Origin: Lepidodermella squamata
Taxonomy: Eukaryota; Animalia; Gastrotricha
Length of the DNA: 64,000 bases
Assembly: GCA_047495785.1 (NCBI GenBank)
Contig: JBLDXI010000020.1
Location: 372,001-436,000 of the forward strand
Direction of reading: 5' to 3'
Shown in pieces: positions 10,742-22,275 of the stretch. The position numbers and the translations under genes were made by a program. Positions within the stretch are counted from its first letter, which is position 1. Each line of letters begins with the position of its first letter. The notes under the pieces are model-generated. The model was given only the letters and a program-made list of their open reading frames with translations, was not told the DNA's origin and made no database searches.

Positions 10742-13030
10742 TCATAGAAGCATCAGCGCCGGGTTTTCCATGAGGCGCTTGAACTCGGCTAACCATTGCG
10801 CCCCGACGGCACCGTCCACAACACGGTGGTCGCACGACAGCGTTACGCTCATTACCGTCGCGTGTCGCAGGTTCGCCTCGTCGACGGCGTCCGAGACCGA
10901 GGCATTGGCAGCGGGTAGTACTCGAGGGATGGCCGATCCGACGGCCAAGATGCACGCTTGAGGTGGGTTGATGACGGCGGCGAATTCGCGGATGCCGAAC
11001 ATGCCCAAATTACTGATAGTGAACGTGCCTAAAAAAAGTAAATACACTCAATTATCTTGAATTTTTCGGGGTTAAATTGTCAACTCACCTCCTTGAAATT
11101 CGTTAAGCTGGAGGCGGCCTTCGCGCGCCTTTTTAGCGAGGCTGATGACGCTGCTGCTGATCTCGCTGAGGCCCTTCGAGTCCGCGCCAAACACGATCGG
11201 CGTAATGAGGCCATTTTCGGTGGCAACAGCAACGCTCATGTCGACCTTGGCGTAGCGGCGAATGACGCCGGCTGATTCGAGCCAGGCCGAGTTGCACTCA
11301 GGCACCTTCTTCGACGCAAGAGCTGCCGCCTTGATTATGAAGTCGTTCACTGATAACTTGGCCGGCTTTTCACCTTTGCCGGCCTGCTTTTCCAGCGAAG
11401 CGTTCAATTCGGCTCGAACTTTCAGCACAGCGTCTACCTCGACGTCCGACGTGAGGTAGTAATGTGGGATGGTTTGCTTCGACTGCACCAAACGCTTAGC
11501 AATAACATTACGGATGTTGCTGATCGGAATATCGACGTAGTCAGCAGTGGAAGCGGCGATTGCTTGCGGTGTACGAGAAGCAGCAGGGGCAGACGCGGCC
11601 GCTTGGGTCGCCGGGGCAGCAGCGACAGGCGCAGCGGTGCCGGCGTGCTTCAGCACGTCAGAAGACGTGATCAAGCCGTCAGCGCCAGTTCCGGTGATTT
11701 GGGCGAGGTTGACGCCACGCTCAGCCGCAATTGTGCGGGCCAATGGTGAAGCCAGAACTCGGGTATTGTTCGGCCCGACCGCGGCTGGCGGCAAAGCTTG
11801 AGGCTTGTCGGAGAACGGCCGCGAAACTGCTGCGCCTCCGGACTGAACAGGTGCGGCAGTTGCGGGTTGATGTTGACTGGCGGCAGGCGCAGGGCTGGCA
11901 GCGGCGGCGGCAACAGGTTTCGGCGCTGCGGCAGCAGCTTCGACGAAATTGGCGAAGGCGCCTACGTCACCAGCTTTCGGCGATATGACGCAAATCAGCT
12001 GTAATTCATAACCTATAGAATCACATATTTTGTTCATCGGCTAATTTACAAACCTTTCCAACCGGTACGTTAGCCGTATTTGCTTGTACAAGAATTTTAG
12101 CTAAATATCCGGGTTCGGGTGTTTCAAAAGCCATCGTGGCTTTGTCCGTCTGGATTTCACACAGCACATCACCTTCGTTTAGCTGATCACCCTCCTTTTT
12201 CAGCCACGTCATTACAGTACCAACTTCCATGGTCGGGGATAGAGACGGCATCTTGACTTTAAAATGCTCCGGGTATGAAGCAGCTGGAGCCGCGGGTGCA
12301 GAATCAGATTGATGGACAGCAGGCGCCGCGGCAGCAGGAGCGGGAGCGGAGGTCGGTGGGACGGCCGCTGCCGAATCGCCAGAAAAATCCTTGAAAGCGG
12401 CAGCTGAGCTGTTATCAGGTACGATAACAGCAATGAGCTGGATCAAAGAAATGCATGTTTGGAAATCTTCAGTCACTAATAAACATACCTTGCCAACGGG
12501 CACATCTTTGCTGTTTGCAGGCATAAGAATTTTGGCTAAAAATCCATTTTCCGGGGATTCGAATGTCATCGTCGCTTTGTCGGTTTGAATTTCGCAAATC
12601 GGTTCGCCCTCGCTGACACTATCACCTTCTTTTTTCAACCACTGCACTAAAGTCCCGGTTTCCATTGTGGGCGAAAGTGCCGGTAATTTGATCTTGAAGT
12701 GTTGCGGTAACTCTGAGAGGAAACGACGTTCACAATAAGAATGGTAAGATAAAAGTATAATACCCCCGGAAGCAAAATTTCTTAAGACCATTTTGTTATA
12801 CGGAACTTTGACAAAGCTGAGGCCTCTTGCAGCAATAGGACTCGTAGTTCCTCTGCAATAAATTACGATGTGATTATAAATAGAATAATAGTAACAATCA
12901 CAAACCTTCCAAGAGAGATATTGGCAGTTGAGAGCGCTGTCCTTTCGTTCCCCATCGCTGATGAAAATCTGCGAGTGATGGAGATAACGTCCCTGGACTT
13001 CCCATTTTTCAAAATTCGAAAGGCCTTCAT
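10742..13030 (-). CDS. DLAT: Pyruvate dehydrogenase E2 dihydrolipoamide acetyltransferase, two lipoyl domains
   Basis: Presequence [11 protein letters not shown], two lipoyl domains ([14 protein letters not shown]), E3-binding ASPLARTIA, catalytic [11 protein letters not shown] and [11 protein letters not shown]. Confidence 0.95.
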
Positions 13031-13539
13031 CTTTCGTGTTAAAACTTGCAACACCTATGAAAAAGAAAACTATAGAAAATTTCATTTTCTCAACTCAAAA
13101 ATAGTTTGTGGTTGAACAGATATCACGATACATAATATGTGACTGCGTTATCAAGACAACCTGATCGAATCTACTCGAGCTCTCTATTTTTGCCATCCAC
13201 GAGTGTGACAAAGCTCTATATTTCATATAAAGTGACAGTGTCGCAAAGAGTTGCACACGCATGCGAACAGTAAAAAGCATGGTCTTACTGTCCACCGAGT
13301 GCTTAAGGTTTCTTCAATACTACAAAATATTATTTAGTATTTGACCCGAATGGGGTCTCTAAAAACTAGTCATTTGTTGATGTTACGGCCACTCTGTTGC
13401 TTAATTGCGGAGGAACGTTCTTACGTGAATACACTCTTAATAAGGTTTCTTAATATCATATTTGGTCACTGTCTGCAGGTTTTCGCGACAAGACTTTATT
13501 ATTTCTTTTACAAACACGGTCATCAATTGATAGTACATC

Positions 13540-14270
13540 ATCGGCTGCGTGTGGCATGGCAGCAGCTGAAAAAACGGCGGCCGATTGGCGCAAGGCGGAG
13601 GCGCTCCATATGGAGCTGTTAGCGGTGCTCCATCGCTTGGCTGGTGGAACTGATGCCCTGGGAGGCAATGTCGGCCTGCCCTGAAGACGCAGGTCAATCT
13701 CAGTTCTTGCTGATTCGAGTAAAACGATTCCTGCACCACATGTGCTCCAGAAACGAGTGCAGAAGTGCATGTTCCTCCTTCTAAATGGCTTTTTTGCCGT
13801 CCGGGGATGGTCATGAAACGCATGGGAAATGGGGCGACGAAGAGGGCACAATCGATTACAAGATCGAAAGGTCGAAAGCCAGAAGAAAGTGGGGACCCAA
13901 CCAAGCTCAGTCCACTCGACAAGCGATCAAAAGCCCGGGAAGAAGGAGAGTGTAGCTCCGATGATATGGACGCCGAACAGCAGCTTCAGGAGCGCCGCAC
14001 GTACGGAGCAGTCGCTAAGCAAGGGGCATCGAAGGAACAGTGGTTAGAGGCGCCTGTCGACGTGAGGAACAACAAGAAAGAGAAAATGATGGCAGGAGGC
14101 AGGAAAGAGACTGGAAGACGAGTTACCGGCCGAATTGAGCAAATCAGGCGTTATCCGAGTCCACGGATTCGCTGGCAAGAAAAGGGAGAAACCCTCATGG
14201 GGGACAGACTGGCTACTTGTTTTCGAGGACGACGGCTCGGCGAAGGTCTCTCTACCCGTGCCCGTTTTTT
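13540..14270 (+). mobile_element. Possible degraded retroelement (ORF1-like) fragment
   Basis: GC/purine-rich island in AT-rich intergenic DNA with a low-complexity basic/acidic ORF (…SSDDMD…RTYGAVAK…) and no splice structure. No diagnostic domain seen. Confidence 0.25.
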
Positions 14271-15293
14271 ACACAATAAAACCAGAAAATGTGCAAAAAT
14301 TTACAAAACTAAATAAACTCTAAAGTGATTTCAATACCAAGGTTTATTCTCTATTCGCTCTTCGATCCATAAGCAAAATCAGAGACAACTTAGACCCAAC
14401 TAATCTATCGCTCTTCGCTCTACTACCGGCTCCACGCTGATATCCAACGCAGAAGGAACCACCTAAACGAGAATACACGGACGATACCGCCAACCGAAAG
14501 ATCATTTTGCACAGCGACACGTACATGGGACATTCTATCTAAGAAAGAAGCCTTAATAAGTCTTGGAGGCAATGAAGTCAACGCTTCAACGCGTTATGTT
14601 CGTTTTAAACGCATTAGCAACCGTTACTCCTAGCGTATGAAGCGAGACAAAAATGACTGCAAAAGATATCTCACGAGAAAACAAGACGTGACGTCTATCA
14701 TCTAGCAAACTTCCACTAGTTTCTTTTCCTGCTGTTTGCTCTCCCTTCTCCTCAGTCTTCACTTCTTTTTCTGCTTTTCCGATTCGATCGATTTTCCGAA
14801 AGCCGCAAGAAGAAAATATATACCGCCAAAAGTATTGCTTTTTTGTTAGTGACATTTAAAGTACAATTTATTATAAACATGTTGGGTTATAAATTTATAT
14901 TATTGATTCAGAAAGACATTTTATTATAACAACGAATTTACGCTAGCAACGCCAATCAGCACTTCAAAACCCGAGGTTAACGCTAGACTCCGCAGCTCTG
15001 ACCATAGTTAATGGCTATCACAAGGCCGTGCATTTGGATAACACTGCGCAAGACTGAAAACTTGTAGTCACTGACCTTTTCTTTCAATGGGAAGTTGACA
15101 AACTCGACCTCGCAAAGCCGCTACCTGTAACGATTCTTTAGACCAAATATATCATAGCTCCATTTTCATATTTATTCTGTTTGGAAGAAATCAACTTAAG
15201 CCCTCTAGAAGCACCAGGAATGGCGACAGTAGCTTAATCTAAAATTCTAATAATATAATTGACATTTTTAGGCGTTAAATTTGTTGCTTTTTA

Positions 15294-15530
15294 ATGCCTG
15301 CTCCAAACAGATGTACTACAAGTCAAGGTAGTTGCGGTGGACAAACTGCCTATCTATCTCAGCTGGCTGCCACGTCAAACGCTCTCCTCAGCGAAGTTAA
15401 CCATGCTAACAATGCTCTTAAGCTGATTCGCCGTGAAGCACTGAGGCAATTATTAGAAAAAGAATATGTTATGTACGAAAATGAGCTCAGAGAAAAAACG
15501 AAACAACGCTTCTCGCGTGATTTCCTCTGA
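15294..15530 (+). CDS. CFAP141: CFAP141/C1orf189-like small ciliary protein
   Basis: C-terminus LKLIRREALRQLLEKEYVMYENEL…FSRDF resembles the family motif [24 protein letters not shown]…FYVERF. Acceptor at 15271, AATAAA downstream. Confidence 0.6.
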   Translation: MPAPNRCTTSQGSCGGQTAYLSQLAATSNALLSEVNHANNALKLIRREALRQLLEKEYVMYENELREKTKQRFSRDFL

Positions 15531-15626
15531 GAATAATAATAAATAAAGAGAGTCCATCGTTATCGAATGCGTTAATAAAGTTATTTTCACACTACAAGCT
15601 CTCTTTTGTGAATCTTAGAAATTAAG

Positions 15627-18008
15627 ATGGCTCAAAGTAAACCTGATGTTGCGGAGGAACAACAAGTTTTGTATCGCCGACCATTGCCGATTATCAAGGA
15701 TTCGTTCACTAATTACACACCAAGTGTCCCTATTTTAGAATTAGTAAGATAAACTTCTTGCTATTCTTGAATGCATTGTGTATTTTTTATTATAAAAGAA
15801 TGAAGACGGCGTGACGCCTGCGCCCCCTGTGTCCCGAGAACAGAAGCGAAACATATTGCCTCCTCTGCTCAATAATACCGATACCCCGTTAGCGGATGAA
15901 GAAATTTGGCAGTGGTTGGTAACTAACAGCGAAATCGCTTCCGCGCCATCTATCAATGAGCCACGAGCTAGGACAAGAACTAAGGACAAGCGACATCACT
16001 CTGAAGACTTGCCTGAACAGTTACCACCTCGTGGTCCTGCGGCCTTTCCCTCTAGGCATCCACGCAGAATTCGTGGGCGTCAATTATCAGATATGTTTGA
16101 AAATGAGCCCGAAATCAGAAATGCCCGGGCCCACAAAGATCAGTTCACGCTACAGGCTCGTTCACCCATCATATATTAAAAAATGTATAAGAATAGTTTC
16201 TCTTGCAGGATTTTCTTCAGAAGTTGGAAAATAATGCCATGATGACTAAGCCTGTTCTTGAGAAAGCGGTGTTGTCGAAAAATCATTACAAAAAACTGGT
16301 CAAAATCTTATCCGAGAGAATAGAAGAGGATGCGAAGAAGAATGACAAAAATAAAGGGTTATCTGTGTTTGATATGAATGAAGGCAAGTATTAGCGTAAT
16401 TTTATTAAATTTGCGAATATCCATTCTTACTTTCGACAGAATTCGATCTACACACGTTTCAGAGGCAACTGAAATCACCTCGGCCAGAACTCGAATCTGC
16501 GCTATCAAATGTGCTTTACGAACATGTGCGAGAAGTAGATGTTGAGCATCAGAAGGCAGTACATCATAAGCAAAAGCAGCTTGACGAATTGGAATTGCCA
16601 CCCAGTTTAGCTAAGTTGAAATCCGATCAGCATCGGCGCTCTATGTGGCGTAAAAGACAAGAGCAAAAGAAGGAAGAACAACACACTACGACTTTGTCAG
16701 TTTATGGCGAGAATTTGATTCGGAAACAAGCGTTTGAGTCGGGCGGAAAGAATGCTATCCCCAGTACCTTCTCACTCGAAGATTTCCATCCCAGCGATTC
16801 TCTTCAATTCTATGCTGAACCAACTCATTTTCAAGATTCAGTTCGGACACGCGAACCCTTCGGTATTAATGTTTTATTTATCCACCCAATATTCATAACA
16901 TATTGATGCTATTTAGCTCTGGTCAATCGTGAGGATGAAGTCTCTCCAACAGAATTTGCTGTTCTTGAAAGTTTGTTTTCTGGCGGCCGCTGGCTAAGCT
17001 TGAAAGCTCACTTCATCTCTGATATCCCCAATCTAATGCTGTTGCGGAAAACGCTGACATACATAAATTTATCCTTCAACTGTTTGAGCGAAATCCCACC
17101 GGAAATGTATGAAATGGAAAACCTGCAGATTTTGAAGCTTCGCAACAATCCGATTAAAGAAATTCCTCATGACTGCATTCGGTTAAAGAAACTGCGCGTT
17201 CTGGTTATGTCGTTCTGCATGGTACAATCTGTAAGTTTATCGTCAAATTTGACAGACTTGAGCTGAAATTTTTCCTCGTAACAGATTTCGGCTTCCTTCT
17301 GGTACGGAATGGAGAAACTTATTCTCCTAGATTTGTCATTCAATAGAATAACAGCAATTCCAAACGAAATCATGTATCTGAAGTAAGTGAGGAATCATAG
17401 CCTGACTCAACTCACTGTTTTTGTTGGCTTCTAGGAGTTTGCGAGAACTCAACGTAGCTGGCAATCAATTGATTGGCCTGCCCTCAGGTGCCCTATATTT
17501 AAATTTGAAAATGCTCAACATTTCCAATAACTACTTGCATCCTATGCTGTGGCGGGAAAACGCCAAAAATTCCCCGCAAAGACTTCAAGATATGGCTGCA
17601 TTTGTAATGGTCAAAGAGGATTTGGTAAAATTATACCCCGATCTCCCGGACCAAGTCAAACAATACTTATTGAACGGCTACACGCCATGCGACGCGTGTA
17701 AAGGCCCTCGCTTCGGCAATGGGCTCATAGCCATCCGACCTTGCGAATTCATTTTCGGCATTCGCAACTTACCATTCATTTTCCACTGCTGCTCACCTGA
17801 ATGCGTTTACGTGTTCCGCCGCGGTATTGCTGACCCGATCGAGTTGCGTTCCAGCGAGAGGGACGGCATTGATGGCTCACAGATGAACGAATTTGAAGTA
17901 ATGGACCAGGAACACCGGCAAGATATTGAGAGTTCACCCTTCTCTCCCGTGCGACGAGCGAATGCTGAAAACTTGGAGGCAGAGCGTCAGTCACCTCAGA
18001 ATCTCTGA
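15627..18008 (+). CDS. LRRC63: Leucine-rich repeat protein, LRRC63-like, multi-exon
   Basis: LSLKAHFISDIPNL…LTYINLSFNCL…LKLRNNPI…LDLSFNRI…LNVAGNQL repeats and a C-terminal CDAC…CCSPEC Cys cluster. Confidence 0.7.
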
Positions 18009-18267
18009 TTCAACATTTATTTGATTGATATAACTCTCGTATACGACATAAATGCTCTCTGTTCTAATTTTGAATACAAATTATTGATAATAAATGATAC
18101 GCATAACCATGGGCACGTCAATAATTCAATAAATTTAATAAATAACATGATATATCTGAGATGATAACAAGCTATGGGGTACTTTTTCAATATAAATCGA
18201 GACGAGAATGCGAGCAATATGAATTGAGGAAAGGTAGCTGAGGAGGCATGCGAAGGTAATAATCTCG

Positions 18268-20687
18268 CTATTCTTTTGCAGTTTCAACCAGATCGCCGTT
18301 CAAGGTGGGCAAGTGCGAGTGCAGCAAGGTCATTCGCTGATGCTGTAGAGTTGGCGCAGGGGTCGCTGAACCACCAGATGGCGCCAGCGCCGTCAAGATG
18401 CATTTGCCGAGTAGCTGATCGATGCTTGCCATGTCGACGCCAGAGCTAGCAATCATTCGCTTCATATTGACATCTGCAACTCTTCTAACTTCGCCGACGA
18501 GAAGCAAAATCCGAGAAAATCTTATAAAAAAAGAATAATCATTAGGCTTAATTTTGCGACTTAATATTGCCGAGTGTTTTACCTTTCAATAAAATTTCGC
18601 GAGTTTCTAAGCTTTTCATGCTGCAAAAGCATCGCAATAATTTTGTTCTGTGCGATTTCAATGGCAACATCTGGACTATTTGGAGACGTTCCAGCGCCCC
18701 GGCCGATGATCGCTGAGAGAAAAGAATTTTGCGGGTTGATAGACTGCTTCTGGTTCAGCCGGTCAGAATCGGCCCAAAAAAGCATTATCATCTGCATTGC
18801 AGATAGCTCAGCGCTGTCGATATCGACTTCAACAATTCTGAAAAGTAGGAAAACAAAATATTACGCAAGTTTATAAATATAGATAAGCGGAAATTGTTAG
18901 ATTGTGATTAAAAGTTACCAACTTTTTAAGAATGCTCAGAGCGCTAGGGTCACTTGCGAGAAAAATGGCAAATGGCTGGGTACGGAAGGGAGAGTCGGCA
19001 GGTGCAATTAGTTGTATGAGATTGGCAAAGATGAGTTCGCGCCAGCTCGAGCGTAGAAGTTCAATTTGCAGCGACGGCGCCAGAAAGAAGAAGTCCGGAA
19101 GAGACTTGCACCACACAAGCACGCCTTCAAGCAGGCGAAAAATGATCTCCTTCGTTCCACTTGCTGCTTGCGGTGAAAGAGGCAGTACAGTCTCTGCTGC
19201 TGCCGCTGCCTCGTTGTTGCGTTGTTGCATCGCAGCCGCCGCCATCATCAGCGTCACAGCCTGCTGTTGGCGCTGATCAGGCGTTGCTCCAAGCAACAAA
19301 TGCGCCGGGTGTAAAGTTGAAGCTAAAGGTAGGGGTGAAGGTGCTGCTTCAAATTTGCGCCCACGTTGAGGTGTTTGGCGCTCGGACTTGACCATCTTCG
19401 CCGGCGGCAAGGACTCGTCGTCTTGGTTGTCGTTCACGCTGCAATCGCCTTCGTTGTCGCTGTCATCTTCCGATGCCTCGCCACGTGACGAACGAGTTCG
19501 TTTGGGTGCAACTTTGGCTGTTTCATCGCCTTCATTTGCAGCGCCCGTCGACGTCGACGCAAGCTCCGAGAATGCGACTGAAACAGCGCTCCCTAAGCGC
19601 AACATCACAACTTCGCGATCGGTGAGTTCGCGCAACTCAACATGCGCCGAATTTCTAGGCTGGCGCTCGTGCTGCACCGCTGTCAGGGCAAAGAAATCAG
19701 AAAAAAACGATTAAACCCGCAATTGATATCCTAATCCTGATTGATCGAGGCTTACCGTTTTTATTCATGCCAGTTTGAAGGCATTTCTTAAGCCGGCAGG
19801 CTTGGCACTGATTGCGGCGCTCCTTGTCCACGGTGCACGTGCCTGTACCGGCTTGGCACTTGTAGACTAGCCGGCGTCTGACCGAACGCTTGAAGAAACC
19901 CGAACAGCCATTGCAAGCAAATACTCCATAGTGGCGGCCGTTGGAAACATCGCCTGATAATATTAAAACAAAATTGATATCAAAATGAGTGAAGGCGGAG
20001 CAAAAAACGAAACAGACACCCGGAGATTTGAAAGAGAACGTGATATGTATTAAGCAGCGTAAAGTTTTACCGCAGATGCTGCATTGAATTGAATCCTGGC
20101 CGGGCTGTAGCGATCCACTTCCTCCGCTGCTCATGCCAGCGATTCCAGAGACGTCAACGATGCCGTCCAATTCGAGCTTCCCGCCACCGATCATCGTCTG
20201 CGGAATGCCCAACATGCTGTTCGGGCTATTACTCGGTGACACAGACGCTACTCTTGAAGGGTGCCGAATCCGCGACGGCGTCTGATTTCGACCGCTGAAC
20301 AGCTTATTAGACTGGTCAGCATTCTGACTGGCCAATTTCATCATGACATTGCGCGCCGATGTGAAATCACGGTCATCGCCAACAGTCAATCGAAGTGGGG
20401 CAGTTTGCTCGCCGTCCGATTCATCATTCCCAATGTCGACATCATCGCTCGTATCGTGAGCAACCATCGACGATTTGTCGCAATGATCTACGATTTTCGA
20501 TTGGAATAAGTCATCGCAAAACTTAGTTTCTAAGTAAGCTTTTACCTGAATAAGAGTTGTTGTCGTCATTGTTGTTGTTATTAGCGTCCGATTCATCTGG
20601 GGTTCGCGACGCTTCTTCTTCGTCGGTATTTTGCTGCTGCTTCATGAGTAGGCTGTCGATCATAAATCGCGTGGAAGAGCTCATCAT
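18268..20687 (-). CDS. NR2E3: Nuclear receptor NR2E3 (PNR/unfulfilled/fax-1 group)
   Basis: Zinc fingers CSICG|[32 protein letters not shown]…[12 protein letters not shown] with the NR2E3-type P-box CNGCSG, T-box AVQHERQPR, and a divergent LBD (WCKSLPDF…[13 protein letters not shown]…RFSRILLL). Confidence 0.85.
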
Positions 20688-22275
20688 TTTCGAGCGGAAG
20701 CTCTCTATAAAAAACGTTAGAAAATATTGAGGAGCAGTCAAGTTGCTGTCTTATTCGGGTGAACAGGGTGATGAGGTATGACTCGGCCGGCAATGCGGCG
20801 ATGAAGGGCGATGATACTAAACAAAAAGCAATTATCCGCGTTTAATCCGGTGGTACATGTTGCGAGTTTTGTTGGTTACAAGCTGATTAGGGTCACTAAT
20901 GCCATCAGGCGGATCGTTTATCGCGCCTGCGAGCGCGGAAATAGCGCCGCTGACTGCGCGCCCTCGGCGGTACGTGCGCAAATCGGCTTGACAACTCATG
21001 CGTGTGTGCGCGCACGCTCGTCGGCGCTTATTGCCTGCGCTCAGCCCAACTTATCCGTTGTCTTCTCGTAGTATACTTCGAGTACGGTTCGACTGCTGCC
21101 GCTCATCTATGCCTTTCAACGATTTTTGTGTGCGCAAATCGCCAATGTACGCGCAGACCAGATGCCGAAGATTTTGCGCGGCGTTTAGCGCACATATCGT
21201 TGGCGATAAGCATCTTTGGCTCGTTCAAATTACATGACAATCTCGTCTTAAAAATGTACCCTCGCCGTCGCTCGTCGCCGTGCTCGGCGTAATCGCGCCA
21301 CACTCATGGCCGAATGTCAAGTAGAATTAGCCGCGGCGCAATCAGCTGCGATTTGCGCTACTGCCGCATCACGTACCAAATTGCAGTATAAGTAGTTGTT
21401 TCGCCCTATTTGTATCTATCTCTCGTTTGTTACAATCATATCATCTTCATCATCATCATCGCCTTCAATACTTATCATCGCGCGTCGCCATCCGGTAACG
21501 TCGCCGCGGTCTTTTGTAAAAGGGCGCGACCGGAAATACATAACGGCCAAATTGTGATTTGCTCGTCGCGATTATTGAATGTTCAATGTCAAAACGAGCG
21601 TGTTAAAATTGAATTGCGGCCTGAAGGGCAAATTTAATTAAAAATTAAAAGCAAGATTCTTGATGATTATTTCTAACTTATTACGCCGTAATGAATCCGA
21701 AATTGATACGACACGGCAATAAAGGCTCATCATCGTATCTCCTTATCGCCGCGACAGCAGCTGTTGTCGAGGAAATCCGCGCCGGCCACCAACAATGAAG
21801 TTTTCGGCAAATCAAATTGTGGCGAAAACGCCTTTTATTCTTACGCCTCTGATCTGATAATGGCAAACTCATTGCCTCTTCGCCAGCTGTACGTTCTCGG
21901 TTCATTCTCGGCGTGATATCACAATCATGTCATTGATATACCGCGTGACGTAGGCGCGGCAAATCATCGAGTCCTAATCACATTTCGGCAACGTTTCCGC
22001 GCCACAAAACAGCGCCTCTAGATAAAAACAAACCTGGAAGATAACTAGGACTGACTAAATCGCTCAACGAAAGGACTCCAGAAATATTACATGCGAAAAA
22101 GGCAATCAAAGAGTTGCTTGCGCATATCGTTTCAAAGAATCAAAGAAGCACAATATCATAGGTTACCTTTTAATTGTTGCTCAAGCTTAGGGCATTGGGT
22201 ACACATTGGATACTACTGTTTTGGAGTCGAAATTATCTTGTTATAAGGAAGTAATTACTTATAATAATATATTGA

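Noticed and set aside
12021-13085. Long ORFs with odd inserted peptides (DLAT, also ERAL1, NR2E3)
   Set aside because: They read through short stop-free GT-AG introns and are not real insertions.
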